This document shows, piece by piece, positions 9,023-18,670 of a stretch of DNA of 64,000 nucleotides. The position numbers and the translations under genes were made by a program. Origin of the DNA: a virus (lineage: Duplodnaviria; Heunggongvirae; Uroviricota; Caudoviricetes); the IMG/VR virus record IMGVR_UViG_3300028887_000069, positions 116,898 through 180,897 of that record; one strand, 5' to 3'. Within the stretch, counting starts at the first letter, position 1. Every line of letters starts with the position of its first letter. The notes under the pieces are model-generated. The model saw only the letters and a list, made by a program, of their open reading frames with translations, was not told the DNA's origin and ran no database searches.

Positions 9023-9412
9023 ATGTGTTTAATACTTAGATGGAATCGTAAACCTGAAATCGCACAGGAAGACATGACATGTTGGAAAGTCATAAAGCCT
9101 TTTGATAACTATAAATGGGAAGCACCTTATAGATGTACCGTTCATAATTACGATGAAGTATTAACTGCCTGCGATAGGTTGAGTGTGAAACCCTGGTTTA
9201 ATGGTATTCCCTATTTTGATTACATTGAAGAAGGCTTCTATGCATGTACCAATGAAGATATTGCACTATACCAATTAAATAATTTAGTGTGCTTTAACTC
9301 ATCACATTCCTTGGCTAAGTGTACTATACCGAAGGGTGCTGAGTACTGCCTTGGATGGTACAGCGAGATAGTGGCAAATAAAATGATTGTTCATAAACCA
9401 AAAGAAATATAG
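9023..9412 (+). CDS. Accessory family C protein
   Basis: CWK...EEGFY...CTIPKGAEYCLG..EIVAN. Confidence 0.8.
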   Translation: MCLILRWNRKPEIAQEDMTCWKVIKPFDNYKWEAPYRCTVHNYDEVLTACDRLSVKPWFNGIPYFDYIEEGFYACTNEDIALYQLNNLVCFNSSHSLAKCTIPKGAEYCLGWYSEIVANKMIVHKPKEI

Positions 9413-9415
9413 ATT

Positions 9416-9631
9416 ATGATAAACAAGTTAAGTGGAAGGCATTCTTCCGATGACATTGAAAACTACAAGAAATACATAGTCCAATGTCCTTGCTGCGGCA
9501 CCATGTTGGGTTTCGGCAAGGATGACGTGTACGTGGCGGAGGACGGTTATCTTATACACCATGAGTACATAGACTGTCCCGAATGCAATGAGAAGGTAAT
9601 GCTGAGTGATGACGAGAGGTTCGGGTACTGA
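9416..9631 (+). CDS. Zinc-ribbon protein
   Basis: CPCC...CPEC. Confidence 0.65.
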   Translation: MINKLSGRHSSDDIENYKKYIVQCPCCGTMLGFGKDDVYVAEDGYLIHHEYIDCPECNEKVMLSDDERFGY

Positions 9632-9699
9632 TTAACATCTTTTAACAAAAAAGATTTGTGTGGATTGGAAAAACTTTCTTATCTTTGCAAACGTAAACA
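9632..9699 (+). promoter_or_regulatory. Repeated promoter module 3
   Basis: TTAACA-N4-TTAACA, GATTTG, TATCTTTG at 9680-9687, CAAACGTAAACA. Confidence 0.85.
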
Positions 9700-9714
9700 A
9701 CAAAAAAATCTTAT

Positions 9715-10149
9715 ATGGAAAACATAGCAGAAAAATACAAAATCTCACAAGAAAAAGGTAAGACCGAACCTCGTGTTGAAATTTTCACGAGAACGGATGT
9801 CAACGATGGTGACTATCTGAACGAACGCATTGAAATGAAGTATAGTGATTTCAAAAATGACATACTGTTTCAATACATCTTATCATATGTGAATGAAAAC
9901 GATGAGGTTGATGAGGATGATACTTTCTGCCACCCAGAAAACTTCTGTGATTACTTGGGTGATATGGGACTCCTATCCAGTGACGTCAATGGTTACGGAC
10001 ATTCTGTGTATATCGACGGGATGTGCTACTATGACGAGGACAACAAGAAACACCTTATGACAATACCTTCGTTCAAGGACCTCAACGTAGATTTGGATGG
10101 GTTGAAAAAAATGCTCCACGAGTGGTTGGAGGAAGAGGGGTATGAATAA
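9715..10149 (+). CDS. Acidic hypothetical protein
   Basis: 144-aa ORF, first gene after promoter, D/E-rich. Confidence 0.75.
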   Translation: MENIAEKYKISQEKGKTEPRVEIFTRTDVNDGDYLNERIEMKYSDFKNDILFQYILSYVNENDEVDEDDTFCHPENFCDYLGDMGLLSSDVNGYGHSVYIDGMCYYDEDNKKHLMTIPSFKDLNVDLDGLKKMLHEWLEEEGYE

Positions 10150-10210
10150 ACACAAACCATCCTGACACCTTCAAAGGAATGTATACCACTAAAAGAAAGG
10201 AGAAAGCATT

Positions 10211-10453
10211 ATGAGCAAGACTGCGGAAAAGAAAGCGTTGGAGGCATATCCAATCAGTGTGTCCAAGACTTCGGTTGAAGCGGGCTTTGATTGGAACGAG
10301 GAGTACCGTGACGTGTTCATGGAGGGTTATGAACAAGCAATGGAGGACTTCATGGAGAAAGCCTGTGAGTGGCTGAATGAATATGAAAACGGCACAACTA
10401 TAATTGATATAGATTCATTCATAAAAGGCTTCAAAAAATATATGGAGGAATAG
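10211..10453 (+). CDS. Accessory family A protein
   Basis: MEKACEWL...FKKYMEE. Confidence 0.75.
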   Translation: MSKTAEKKALEAYPISVSKTSVEAGFDWNEEYRDVFMEGYEQAMEDFMEKACEWLNEYENGTTIIDIDSFIKGFKKYMEE

Positions 10454-10456
10454 GAT

Positions 10457-11047
10457 ATGAAACTGTACTACGAAACCAAAATCGACGGCATTGACGAGAT
10501 GTGCACCTGCGTCTGCCCGTGCGAGAAAGCCGAGGAGGAAAGACTCGATGCCTACCGTGCTGCATGTGACAAATGGGTGATTTGCAAGAGTTATTCGTCA
10601 CACAAGAAAGACGATAGAAAGGTGCTTTGCAGTGACGGGAGTCTCTGTATGATGTACTCTTGTGGACTTTACGATGACGTTCTTATATTCAAGACGCAGG
10701 GCGATGGTTTTGAATATCTGCGGAACATGGACACCAAGGCAATCAACGCAAAAGACCCCGACAACGAGGAGGGTGTTTCCTATTGGGATGTCATCCCTCT
10801 CTACGACTACCAACCGACGATGGCCGGCAGCGCGAACTGCCAGGAGTGCAGGTACTGCTACGGGCGAAGCAAGGAATACTGCGACTTCGCGATGATAGGG
10901 GCGAACGGCAAGTTCATTCCCTCGAAAGAGCAATACGTCAAATGCTCGGCGATGTTCCGCAACCCCGACTTTTCGTGGAAAATCCGACTCCGCAGGAAAC
11001 TGTACCACTTGGGGCTTAAAATGGATAAACTTTTCAAAAGAAAATAG
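10457..11047 (+). CDS. Cys-rich hypothetical protein
   Basis: 196-aa ORF with CTCVCPC and CQECRYC. Confidence 0.7.
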   Translation: MKLYYETKIDGIDEMCTCVCPCEKAEEERLDAYRAACDKWVICKSYSSHKKDDRKVLCSDGSLCMMYSCGLYDDVLIFKTQGDGFEYLRNMDTKAINAKDPDNEEGVSYWDVIPLYDYQPTMAGSANCQECRYCYGRSKEYCDFAMIGANGKFIPSKEQYVKCSAMFRNPDFSWKIRLRRKLYHLGLKMDKLFKRK

Positions 11048-11055
11048 GATTGGCT

Positions 11056-11460
11056 ATGTGCATGACTGTATTGAAAGGCTGCAAGCCTAAGTTTGCAAAA
11101 GAGGATATTGTTTGCTACAAAATAGTCGGCTATTTCGATGAAAATGAATGGCAGGCAATATTCCGCGGCACGTTACATAAATACGATATGGTGTTGAAGA
11201 CATACAAGCCGTTATTGGAGAAAAAATCGGCACCAGATACGCTTACTAACAGATGTATTGTCGGATGGACATTTATTGACGAGGGGTTTCACGCATACTC
11301 TACGTTAAAGAAGGCGAATTTTGAACTTAAACGACGTGGCGTTCCAAGTGAACTCATAGTGAAATGCACCATCCCGAAAGGTGCAATGTATTGCTATGGG
11401 GAATTGGACCATATTGTTGCAAACCAAATGATTGTACATAAACCAAAATGCGTCAAATGA
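11056..11460 (+). CDS. Accessory family C protein
   Basis: CYK...DEGFHAYST...CTIPKGAMYCYG. Confidence 0.8.
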   Translation: MCMTVLKGCKPKFAKEDIVCYKIVGYFDENEWQAIFRGTLHKYDMVLKTYKPLLEKKSAPDTLTNRCIVGWTFIDEGFHAYSTLKKANFELKRRGVPSELIVKCTIPKGAMYCYGELDHIVANQMIVHKPKCVK

Positions 11461-11912
11461 AAAGGAAAGAAAGCATAAAGACATTCAAGGACGTAAAGAA
11501 GGGAGACACCTTGTACCTTGTGTACCTTGACCCGAACGGTGACCGACAGATAGGTGAGGCTGCCGTTACGGGTTTCACTGATTGGACATACAGGTATGGG
11601 GACAGGTACGAGGATTACGGTGAGAGAGATGTAAGAAACGTTAATTTCAAGTTTCAGGGAGTCAAGTTCTCGAGAGACCTGACATATATTCTCAATGATA
11701 CGCATACACTTAGCGGGGCTGAATTTGGAGAGGAGTATGAGAATGTAATGGGTGACGCCTTCGTGGAGGTGTTCACGACCCGTGGTCTTGCCAAGGAATA
11801 CCTTGTCTCCCTGCTGGGGTCTTTCATTGAAAGCAAACAGGAACAGATTGCCGAACTTGAGTCGGAGATAGAGAAATTCAGGAATAACTTGGATTCAATT
11901 AACAACATTTAA
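11457..11912 (+). CDS. Hypothetical protein with C-terminal coiled coil
   Basis: ATGA overlap with previous stop. Confidence 0.75.
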   Translation: MKRKESIKTFKDVKKGDTLYLVYLDPNGDRQIGEAAVTGFTDWTYRYGDRYEDYGERDVRNVNFKFQGVKFSRDLTYILNDTHTLSGAEFGEEYENVMGDAFVEVFTTRGLAKEYLVSLLGSFIESKQEQIAELESEIEKFRNNLDSINNI

Positions 11913-11965
11913 CAAAAAACATTTTGTCAATCCGCATAAACTTCATACCTTTGCAAACGTAAACA
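11899..11965 (+). promoter_or_regulatory. Repeated promoter module 4
   Basis: TTAACA-N4-TTAACA, TTTTG, TACCTTTG at 11946-11953, CAAACGTAAACA. Confidence 0.85.
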
Positions 11966-11971
11966 AGTTAA

Positions 11972-12358
11972 ATGAAAGGAGACAATATGAGTGACTACAC
12001 GATGGTGAGCCTCGCCACCGACATATACGGGGCAATCGACGAGTCCATGCCCGAACAGCATGTGGCGATGAACATCAATGTCATCCCCGACCTATGCAAC
12101 CTTATGTCCGACCCGAAGACCGCCCGTGGCGGTGCATATCTCGGAGTCAAGAGCGAGATAAGCCTTATGATGGTTGACGACAAGCCGCACCTGGACACCG
12201 ACATTGACATAAGGTTCTATGAAACCGTCGTTACAAAGGGTGGTATCCCGTTCCTTGAAAGGCACGTCGCTGTGGTGAAAAACGACCCACACTGTGATAC
12301 AACGTATCTTGATGAGGTGCTTCGCTTGTGCGGGTTGGCTGACTTCATTGCCGATTGA
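11972..12358 (+). CDS. Hypothetical protein
   Basis: 128-aa ORF after promoter. Confidence 0.75.
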   Translation: MKGDNMSDYTMVSLATDIYGAIDESMPEQHVAMNINVIPDLCNLMSDPKTARGGAYLGVKSEISLMMVDDKPHLDTDIDIRFYETVVTKGGIPFLERHVAVVKNDPHCDTTYLDEVLRLCGLADFIAD

Positions 12359-12416
12359 ACCGAATTGGAAACATTAAAAATACAAACTCTAACGTTAAAA
12401 AAAAAAACAAATCACT

Positions 12417-13199
12417 ATGGGAAAGAACTATAAAATAAATGACGACCTGACGCTTGAAATGGACGGTAAGGTTTACAGGCTGACGAAAAATAACAGTGAG
12501 AATTGCAGTCACTGTCCGTTGCATAATATAGAGGACTGTGTTGAATTGTGTGGTGATACGTATTTTGAAGCTGCCGAAAGACCAGCGTTTGAACACAGGG
12601 AATCCATATTCGTCGAAGTAGCCGAAAACAAAGAAACAACCATGGAAGAAAAAGAACACAAAAACGAACCCGACTACAAGGCTCTCTATGAGGAGGAGCA
12701 CAAGAAGTATGAAGATGCTGTGGAAAGAGCGAAAGGTATCACAAGTAATATGACCACGCTGCAGTCTATAAGAGAGCATATCTTTCCAGAACTCGTGGAG
12801 AGCGAGGAAGAGAAACTAAGCAAAAAACTCCATGAGTGTGTCTGTAGGGCAATCAATAATGACAAGTTACCTTATGAGGAAAGAAAATACATTTCCGAGC
12901 AGGTAATACCATACCTTGAAAAACTCGAAAAACAGAAAGAGCAGAAAGCAACTTGGAGTGAAGAAGATGAAATAAGATTTACAAATACTATTGTTATGCT
13001 TAAAGAGGGTGCAAGTCTTCACTTTAATAAAGAGAATATTACGAATGCTGTCAATTGGCTCAAATCCCTCAAAGACCGAGTGGTTCCACAGAATACTTGG
13101 AAACCCACGGAGGAGCAGATGAAAGCACTTAAATATTTGGTAGATAATACTACAGACAAGGACATTGAATCACTTTACTACGACCTCAAGAAACTTTAA
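12417..13199 (+). CDS. Modular family E protein
   Basis: Cys-rich N-module plus DYKALYEE, ELVESEEE and SLKDRVVPQNTWKPTEEQMKAL...LKKL modules. Confidence 0.8.
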   Translation: MGKNYKINDDLTLEMDGKVYRLTKNNSENCSHCPLHNIEDCVELCGDTYFEAAERPAFEHRESIFVEVAENKETTMEEKEHKNEPDYKALYEEEHKKYEDAVERAKGITSNMTTLQSIREHIFPELVESEEEKLSKKLHECVCRAINNDKLPYEERKYISEQVIPYLEKLEKQKEQKATWSEEDEIRFTNTIVMLKEGASLHFNKENITNAVNWLKSLKDRVVPQNTWKPTEEQMKALKYLVDNTTDKDIESLYYDLKKL

Positions 13200-13204
13200 G
13201 CGAT

Positions 13205-13897
13205 ATGGAGAAAGACAATTCATTATTCAAGTATAACGGCAAGACTTATAAGTTGGTAAAGAAACCTGATTCATTTGGATGCACGGAAATATGCCCTCTT
13301 GCCCTTGCCAATGAAGGTAATTGTGAGGAACTTTGTTCAGAGGCACTTTTGGACATTGAAGCTCCCGAGTTCAGTTATACTAATTGCATGTTCGTCGAAG
13401 TAACCGAAAACAAAGAAACAACCATGGAAGAAAAAGAACACAAAAACGAATCCGACTACAAGACACTCTATGAGCAGGAATGTAAAAAATACGGAGATGC
13501 AGTTGAACGTATGAAGTCTTGGATGAACGGGGAACATCCCGAATGTTTCTCGGAAGCGCAGAAAGCGGCTGAATTTGTCTTTCCAGAACTCGGAGAGAGT
13601 GAGGATGAGAGGATAGGGAAAGATATAATTGCATACATGCGATATGAACGAAAATCGACAGAGGAAGAAATTGAAAATAGATTTATCCCTTGGCTCGAAA
13701 AGCAAGGTGAACATAATAAGCCAAATCCATATAGTGGAACAAGTTTTGAATACAACGGTCACGTTTGGGGAATGTGTGCAAGAGATAATGGAGTTGATGT
13801 TTTAATCGACAAGCACCTTATTGCACATATTAATCATGATGGGGCTATCGTTAAAGATAGAGTAGTTCCACCAGTTAGTCAATGGTTACCAAGATAA
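13205..13897 (+). CDS. Modular family E protein, C-terminus apparently truncated
   Basis: Same N-modules; ends DRVVPPVSQWLPR, with an out-of-frame LKKL-like remnant at about 13910-13930. Confidence 0.7.
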   Translation: MEKDNSLFKYNGKTYKLVKKPDSFGCTEICPLALANEGNCEELCSEALLDIEAPEFSYTNCMFVEVTENKETTMEEKEHKNESDYKTLYEQECKKYGDAVERMKSWMNGEHPECFSEAQKAAEFVFPELGESEDERIGKDIIAYMRYERKSTEEEIENRFIPWLEKQGEHNKPNPYSGTSFEYNGHVWGMCARDNGVDVLIDKHLIAHINHDGAIVKDRVVPPVSQWLPR

Positions 13898-13934
13898 TGA
13901 ACTGTGTACGGACACCTCAAAAACTTTAAGCAAT

Positions 13935-16247
13935 ATGAAAGAAATTGAAAAAATTGGACAAGACATTTTTAAGTACAACGGTGAGGTTTACCGTTTGATG
14001 AAAAAAGAATATGAATGTATATGCTATGATATATGTCCCCTGTATGGTGAGAATAATGGAGATTGCGGAACTATTTGCCTCGAAGCATATGAACAGCTCG
14101 ATAATCCAGGGTTTACGTTTGGAGATACAACCTTCGTTAAGGTAACCGAAACGAAAAACGAAACAAATATGAAAGAAAACGGAACCGATTACAAGTCTCT
14201 TTATGAGGAAACTATATCGAAATTGAAGATTGCAAAGAAGAATATTGGATGCTATACATTCTCCAGTGTAATAGATAAAGTGATTCCCGAAGTTGCAGAG
14301 AGCGAGGATGAGAGTTTAAAGAGAGAACTTATACAATATCTAAAAGACTGCTCCATTTTACCATGTGGTCATTATTCCCGTGCTGATTTCTTTGCTTGGA
14401 TTGAAAAGCAAGGTGAGCAGAAAGACGAAAAAACCAACCCCTACAAATCAGCAATTGATTCCATTCATGAAATGTGTAATTCTTATGAATATAATGGTAC
14501 ATTTAAAGATGATAGGGCCATTGATTTTCTTAATAATATAAGGGTTAAATGCCTTGATGCGGAGTTGTATGACGATATGGGTAGAGAACAGAAACCTATT
14601 GAGCAGAAACCAACTGATAGAGTTGAACCGGAGTTTAAAGTAAAAAAGGGTGGATGGTATGTTTGTACCAATACTTTTGTATCAAAAGGTAAAATTATTG
14701 CAATTAAAGGACAAACATATCAATCAAAACAAGAAGACAATACTATAACTTGTGAAGATAATTGCCTTTTTATTGATAGACACGATGGTAAAGCGGCAGA
14801 CTATTTTAGACCTTGGACCATCCAAGACGCAAAGTCAGGGGATGTGCTTGCAACAGAAGGATTTATATTTATCTTTAAAGAAATCCGAGAAGATAAAGGT
14901 GTTGGCTATTTCTGTGCAAACGAAAAAGAGCTGCATGAAGGTGACGATAGCACATTCCATATTGCTAACCCAAACTCTCTTATGGGCAGTATTAATAACG
15001 ATTTTACTCATTATACTCCTGCCACCAAAGAACAGCGTGAACTCTTATTCCAAAAGATGAAGGAAGAAGGATATGAGTGGAATGTCGAGACACTGGAATT
15101 AAAAAAGATTGAGCAGAACCCAACCGATAAAGCTGAACGGAAGTTTAAGGTTGGGGATTGGATAATTAGTTCGGAAGGAACGCTTCGCCACATCGTAGCT
15201 GTTGGCAAAAGATGTTATGAAACGGATAAAGGGTGGCTTACTCACGATGACTACGAAAGGAGGTTTCATCTTTGGACCATTCAAGACGCAAAGGATGGTG
15301 ATGTACTTTCAACTCGTTTAAGCCCAGAAGGAGACTGGATTGGTATCTATAAAGACTCCTGCGAATTTGGCTTCAATACGCACTGTTTTGTTAATGGTAT
15401 TATGGAATTTGTTTCAAATTCCTATTGGTGCACAAACCACGGAACACAAGGTATTCATCCAGCCACCAAAGAGCAGTGTGACCTTTTATTCTCCAAAATG
15501 AAAGAAGCAGGTTACGAGTGGGATGCGGAGAAGAAAGAGTTGAGGAAGATTGAGCAGAAGCTTGTTGAATATAATAGAGAAGATGAGCAGAACTTAAATG
15601 CTTGTCTTGGCTATATACCAGATGAATTTCTTAGAAGATGGCTAAAAGATATTATTCATATTAAATATGACAAACCTGTTTGGTGTGAAGAGGATGAGAA
15701 AACTATAGATGAAGCAGTAGAAAAATTAGAAAAATACGCAGAATATGTGCAAGGTGGTAACTCAAAACGATATATTTTAGATTTGGCATCAAGAGTTGAA
15801 TCCCTCAAAGACCGAATGCTTCCGCAAACAAAACAAGAGGTCTGTGAGGATACATCAACCAGCGAATACATCGACCTCGGACTGCCAAGCGGTACACTTT
15901 GGAAAATTTCAAATGAAAAAGGGTATTACACCTATGATGAGGTGGTTGAGAAGTTCAGCAACCAACTCCCAACAAAAGAGCAATGGGAGGAACTAAGAAA
16001 TGAATGTAAGTGGGAATGGAAAGACAATGAATACAAAGTGATTGGACCCAACGGTAACAATATATTCCTTCCTGCTGCGGGCTACCGCTTCGGTACGGGG
16101 GTGTACGACTTGGGCACGGAAGGCAATTATTGGTCGGGTACGTGCATCTGTGAGGGCAGCGCATATAGCATGTGCTTCCGCGACGGCAATATCGGCATGT
16201 ACTACTACTATCGCGGCAGCGGCTTATCTGTCCGTCTCGTTAAATAA
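13935..16247 (+). CDS. Modular family E protein (770 aa) with C-terminal C-type-lectin-like (Fib_succ_major/FGE-type) domain
   Basis: Two WTIQDAK.GDVL...PATKEQ modules; ends EYIDLGLPSGTLW...LPTKEQWEEL...IFLPAAG...YWS...GLSVRLVK. Confidence 0.8.
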   Translation: MKEIEKIGQDIFKYNGEVYRLMKKEYECICYDICPLYGENNGDCGTICLEAYEQLDNPGFTFGDTTFVKVTETKNETNMKENGTDYKSLYEETISKLKIAKKNIGCYTFSSVIDKVIPEVAESEDESLKRELIQYLKDCSILPCGHYSRADFFAWIEKQGEQKDEKTNPYKSAIDSIHEMCNSYEYNGTFKDDRAIDFLNNIRVKCLDAELYDDMGREQKPIEQKPTDRVEPEFKVKKGGWYVCTNTFVSKGKIIAIKGQTYQSKQEDNTITCEDNCLFIDRHDGKAADYFRPWTIQDAKSGDVLATEGFIFIFKEIREDKGVGYFCANEKELHEGDDSTFHIANPNSLMGSINNDFTHYTPATKEQRELLFQKMKEEGYEWNVETLELKKIEQNPTDKAERKFKVGDWIISSEGTLRHIVAVGKRCYETDKGWLTHDDYERRFHLWTIQDAKDGDVLSTRLSPEGDWIGIYKDSCEFGFNTHCFVNGIMEFVSNSYWCTNHGTQGIHPATKEQCDLLFSKMKEAGYEWDAEKKELRKIEQKLVEYNREDEQNLNACLGYIPDEFLRRWLKDIIHIKYDKPVWCEEDEKTIDEAVEKLEKYAEYVQGGNSKRYILDLASRVESLKDRMLPQTKQEVCEDTSTSEYIDLGLPSGTLWKISNEKGYYTYDEVVEKFSNQLPTKEQWEELRNECKWEWKDNEYKVIGPNGNNIFLPAAGYRFGTGVYDLGTEGNYWSGTCICEGSAYSMCFRDGNIGMYYYYRGSGLSVRLVK
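16071..16244 (+). other. Putative DGR variable repeat (VR)
   Basis: GC about 57% over 16081-16240 versus about 35% in a sampled upstream line; runs of NNC/NNT codons between invariant anchors; template repeat and RT absent from window. Confidence 0.6.
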
Positions 16248-16250
16248 TGA

Positions 16251-17378
16251 ATGAAGAAAAATAACAAAAAGATGAAAGCATACAAGGGATTCAAAAAACA
16301 TGAGGACGGTACATTGTGGTGCCGTGACTTCCAATACGAAGTTGGAAAAACCTATACATTTGACGGTGAACCTTTAATGTGCGAACAAGGTTTCCACGCT
16401 TGTCATGAACCACATCAGTGTTGGGTGTTTTATCCAAACAACGGGGAGAACGTGTACTACGAGGTTGAGTGCGGTGGGAAAATAGTTGAAAGTAATGATG
16501 GCGACGGCAAGTTCGTATGCACTGAGATAACATTGGTAAAAGAAATACCTGAACCTGAAAATAAGGTTGATGATTGTTGGTATTTCCGAGACGGCTATGC
16601 AATGGTGGAGTTGAAGAGTAAATATAATTTCATCAACACTGACGGTAAATTGATTTCCGAGCAGTGGTGGGAAGATTGCTATGGTTTCTATAATGGATAT
16701 GCAAGAGTGGAGTTGAAGAGTAAATATAATTTCATCAACACTGACGGTAAATTGATTTCCGAGCAGTGGTGGGAAGATTGTTATGATTTCAGTAATGGCT
16801 ATGCGAGTGTGAAGTTGAATGGCAAATGGAATTATATTGACACGAAAGGAAAATACCTATCCGAGCAGTGGTGGGATGAATGTTGGTGTTTCCATGATGG
16901 TTGTGCAGTAGTGAAGTTGAATGGTAAACGGAATTATATTGACACGAAAGGAAAATACCTATCGGAGCAGTGGTGGGATTGGTGTGGTGATTTCCGCAAT
17001 GGTTATGCAGTGGTGAAATTGGATGGTAAATGGAACTGTATCAATACAGAAGGAAGCCTGATATCGGAGCAGTGGTTTGATGATTGTTGGAATTTCAGTA
17101 ATGGCTATGCGAGTGTGAAGTTGAATGGCAAATGGAATTATATTGACACGAAAGGAAAATACCTATCGGAGCAGTGGTTTGATGATTGCTATGGTTTCCA
17201 TGATGGTTGTGCAGTAGTGAAGTTGAATGGTAAACGGAATTATATTGACACGAAAGGAAAATACCTATCGGAGCAGTGGTTTGATGATTGCTATGGTTTC
17301 TATAATGGATATGCAAGAGTGGAGCTGAACGGTAAATGGTATAAAATAGATAAAAACGGTAAAATAGTTCAAATATGA
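16251..17378 (+). CDS. Family D: DUF7666-like N-domain plus 8 WG-like repeats
   Basis: Same N-domain as 7112; 102-nt internal repeat units, several near-identical. Confidence 0.8.
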   Translation: MKKNNKKMKAYKGFKKHEDGTLWCRDFQYEVGKTYTFDGEPLMCEQGFHACHEPHQCWVFYPNNGENVYYEVECGGKIVESNDGDGKFVCTEITLVKEIPEPENKVDDCWYFRDGYAMVELKSKYNFINTDGKLISEQWWEDCYGFYNGYARVELKSKYNFINTDGKLISEQWWEDCYDFSNGYASVKLNGKWNYIDTKGKYLSEQWWDECWCFHDGCAVVKLNGKRNYIDTKGKYLSEQWWDWCGDFRNGYAVVKLDGKWNCINTEGSLISEQWFDDCWNFSNGYASVKLNGKWNYIDTKGKYLSEQWFDDCYGFHDGCAVVKLNGKRNYIDTKGKYLSEQWFDDCYGFYNGYARVELNGKWYKIDKNGKIVQI

Positions 17379-18337
17379 CAAAAGAAGAAGCAATAAAAAG
17401 AATTCGAGATTGGAATCTCGATAAGGATAAGATGGAAGTCTTATCAGTAGTCATCCCTGAACTCGCCGAAAGTGAGGATGAGAGGATAAGAAAGGGCATC
17501 ATCCAGTATCTTGAGCAATCTCAATTTGGGGAAGAGCATTATCATATAGATGATGATATTGTTAGAGGTTATATTGTTTGGCTTGAAAAGCAAGGCAAAC
17601 AGAAACCCATTGATGAAGTTAAATCAAAACTCAAAGTTGGTGATTGGATTACATTTTGTGGAAGTGAACCATTTAAAATACTTGAAGTTGAACCAGAACA
17701 AAACGGTATTTTGAATTATCTTTTATTAGAACCAAGTGGTTGTAGTACTTATTATGATAAAAAATATGTTGATGAAAACGCAAGGTTGTGGACTATCCAA
17801 GACGCAAAGGATGGCGATGTACTTGTAGATAATTATGGTAACATGTTACTGTATGAAGAGATTTCATCCCCCACATTCTATCATTCATATTGTTTCGGCA
17901 ATGAAAATGTCTTCATCGAAAATGGGGGAGCACATATGATAGAATGTACACATCCAGCAACTAAAGAACAGCGTGACTTCTTATTCTCCAAGATGAAGGA
18001 AGAAGGTTACGAGTGGGATGCAGAGAAGAAAGAGTTGAGGAAGATTGAACAGAAACCTGTTTGGAACGAAGAGGATGAAGAAATGTTTGATGCTATTATT
18101 GCGGATATACAATTTACACAGAAAGCACATAATCATGAAGTTAATCAGGTTGTTTATGAAAGAGAGATTGACTGGTTCAAATCCCTCAAAGACCGAATGG
18201 TTCCACAGAATACTTGGAAACCCACGGAGGAGCAGATGAAAGCATTGAGCGATGCAGCGTTTGAGTTCGAGTATGCACAGCGTTTTAAGGATGCGGATAA
18301 AATCCAATCTCTCTACAACGACCTCAAAAAACTTTAA
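17375..18337 (+). CDS. Modular family E protein
   Basis: ELAESEDERIRK, WTIQDAKDGDVL, HPATKEQ and KPTEEQMKAL...LKKL modules. Confidence 0.8.
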   Translation: MTKEEAIKRIRDWNLDKDKMEVLSVVIPELAESEDERIRKGIIQYLEQSQFGEEHYHIDDDIVRGYIVWLEKQGKQKPIDEVKSKLKVGDWITFCGSEPFKILEVEPEQNGILNYLLLEPSGCSTYYDKKYVDENARLWTIQDAKDGDVLVDNYGNMLLYEEISSPTFYHSYCFGNENVFIENGGAHMIECTHPATKEQRDFLFSKMKEEGYEWDAEKKELRKIEQKPVWNEEDEEMFDAIIADIQFTQKAHNHEVNQVVYEREIDWFKSLKDRMVPQNTWKPTEEQMKALSDAAFEFEYAQRFKDADKIQSLYNDLKKL

Positions 18338-18342
18338 GCGAT

Positions 18343-18600
18343 ATGGAACAGATACTATTTCTTTTGACCGAGGTTGACAAGGATAACAATGAGATAGTCC
18401 ACGAGATTGGTGGAATAAACCAAACATTGTTCGTAAAATTCCAAGACGCTCTCAGGTCTCTCTACGACAGAGTTTCCAAAAATTCCAAGATGGATATTTT
18501 CAAATGTGATGATGACTTTGCGTTTATAACTGTCGAGAAGGAAAACGAAAAAACACAATATTACAGACTGTGCGGTAGAAAACCGATACATTATGAATAA
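18343..18600 (+). CDS. Hypothetical protein
   Basis: 85-aa ORF. Confidence 0.7.
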   Translation: MEQILFLLTEVDKDNNEIVHEIGGINQTLFVKFQDALRSLYDRVSKNSKMDIFKCDDDFAFITVEKENEKTQYYRLCGRKPIHYE

Positions 18601-18670
18601 ACAAAAACTTTGAATTATGATAGCAACAACGTTCAAAGCAAAAAGTTAAAGGGTTAAAAACGCATAAAAT

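Noticed and set aside
16560-17366. WG-like repeats as DGR template/variable repeat pair
   Set aside because: Differences among units involve all four bases, all units are in-frame coding, and none is AAC-rich; tandem duplication and conversion explain them better.
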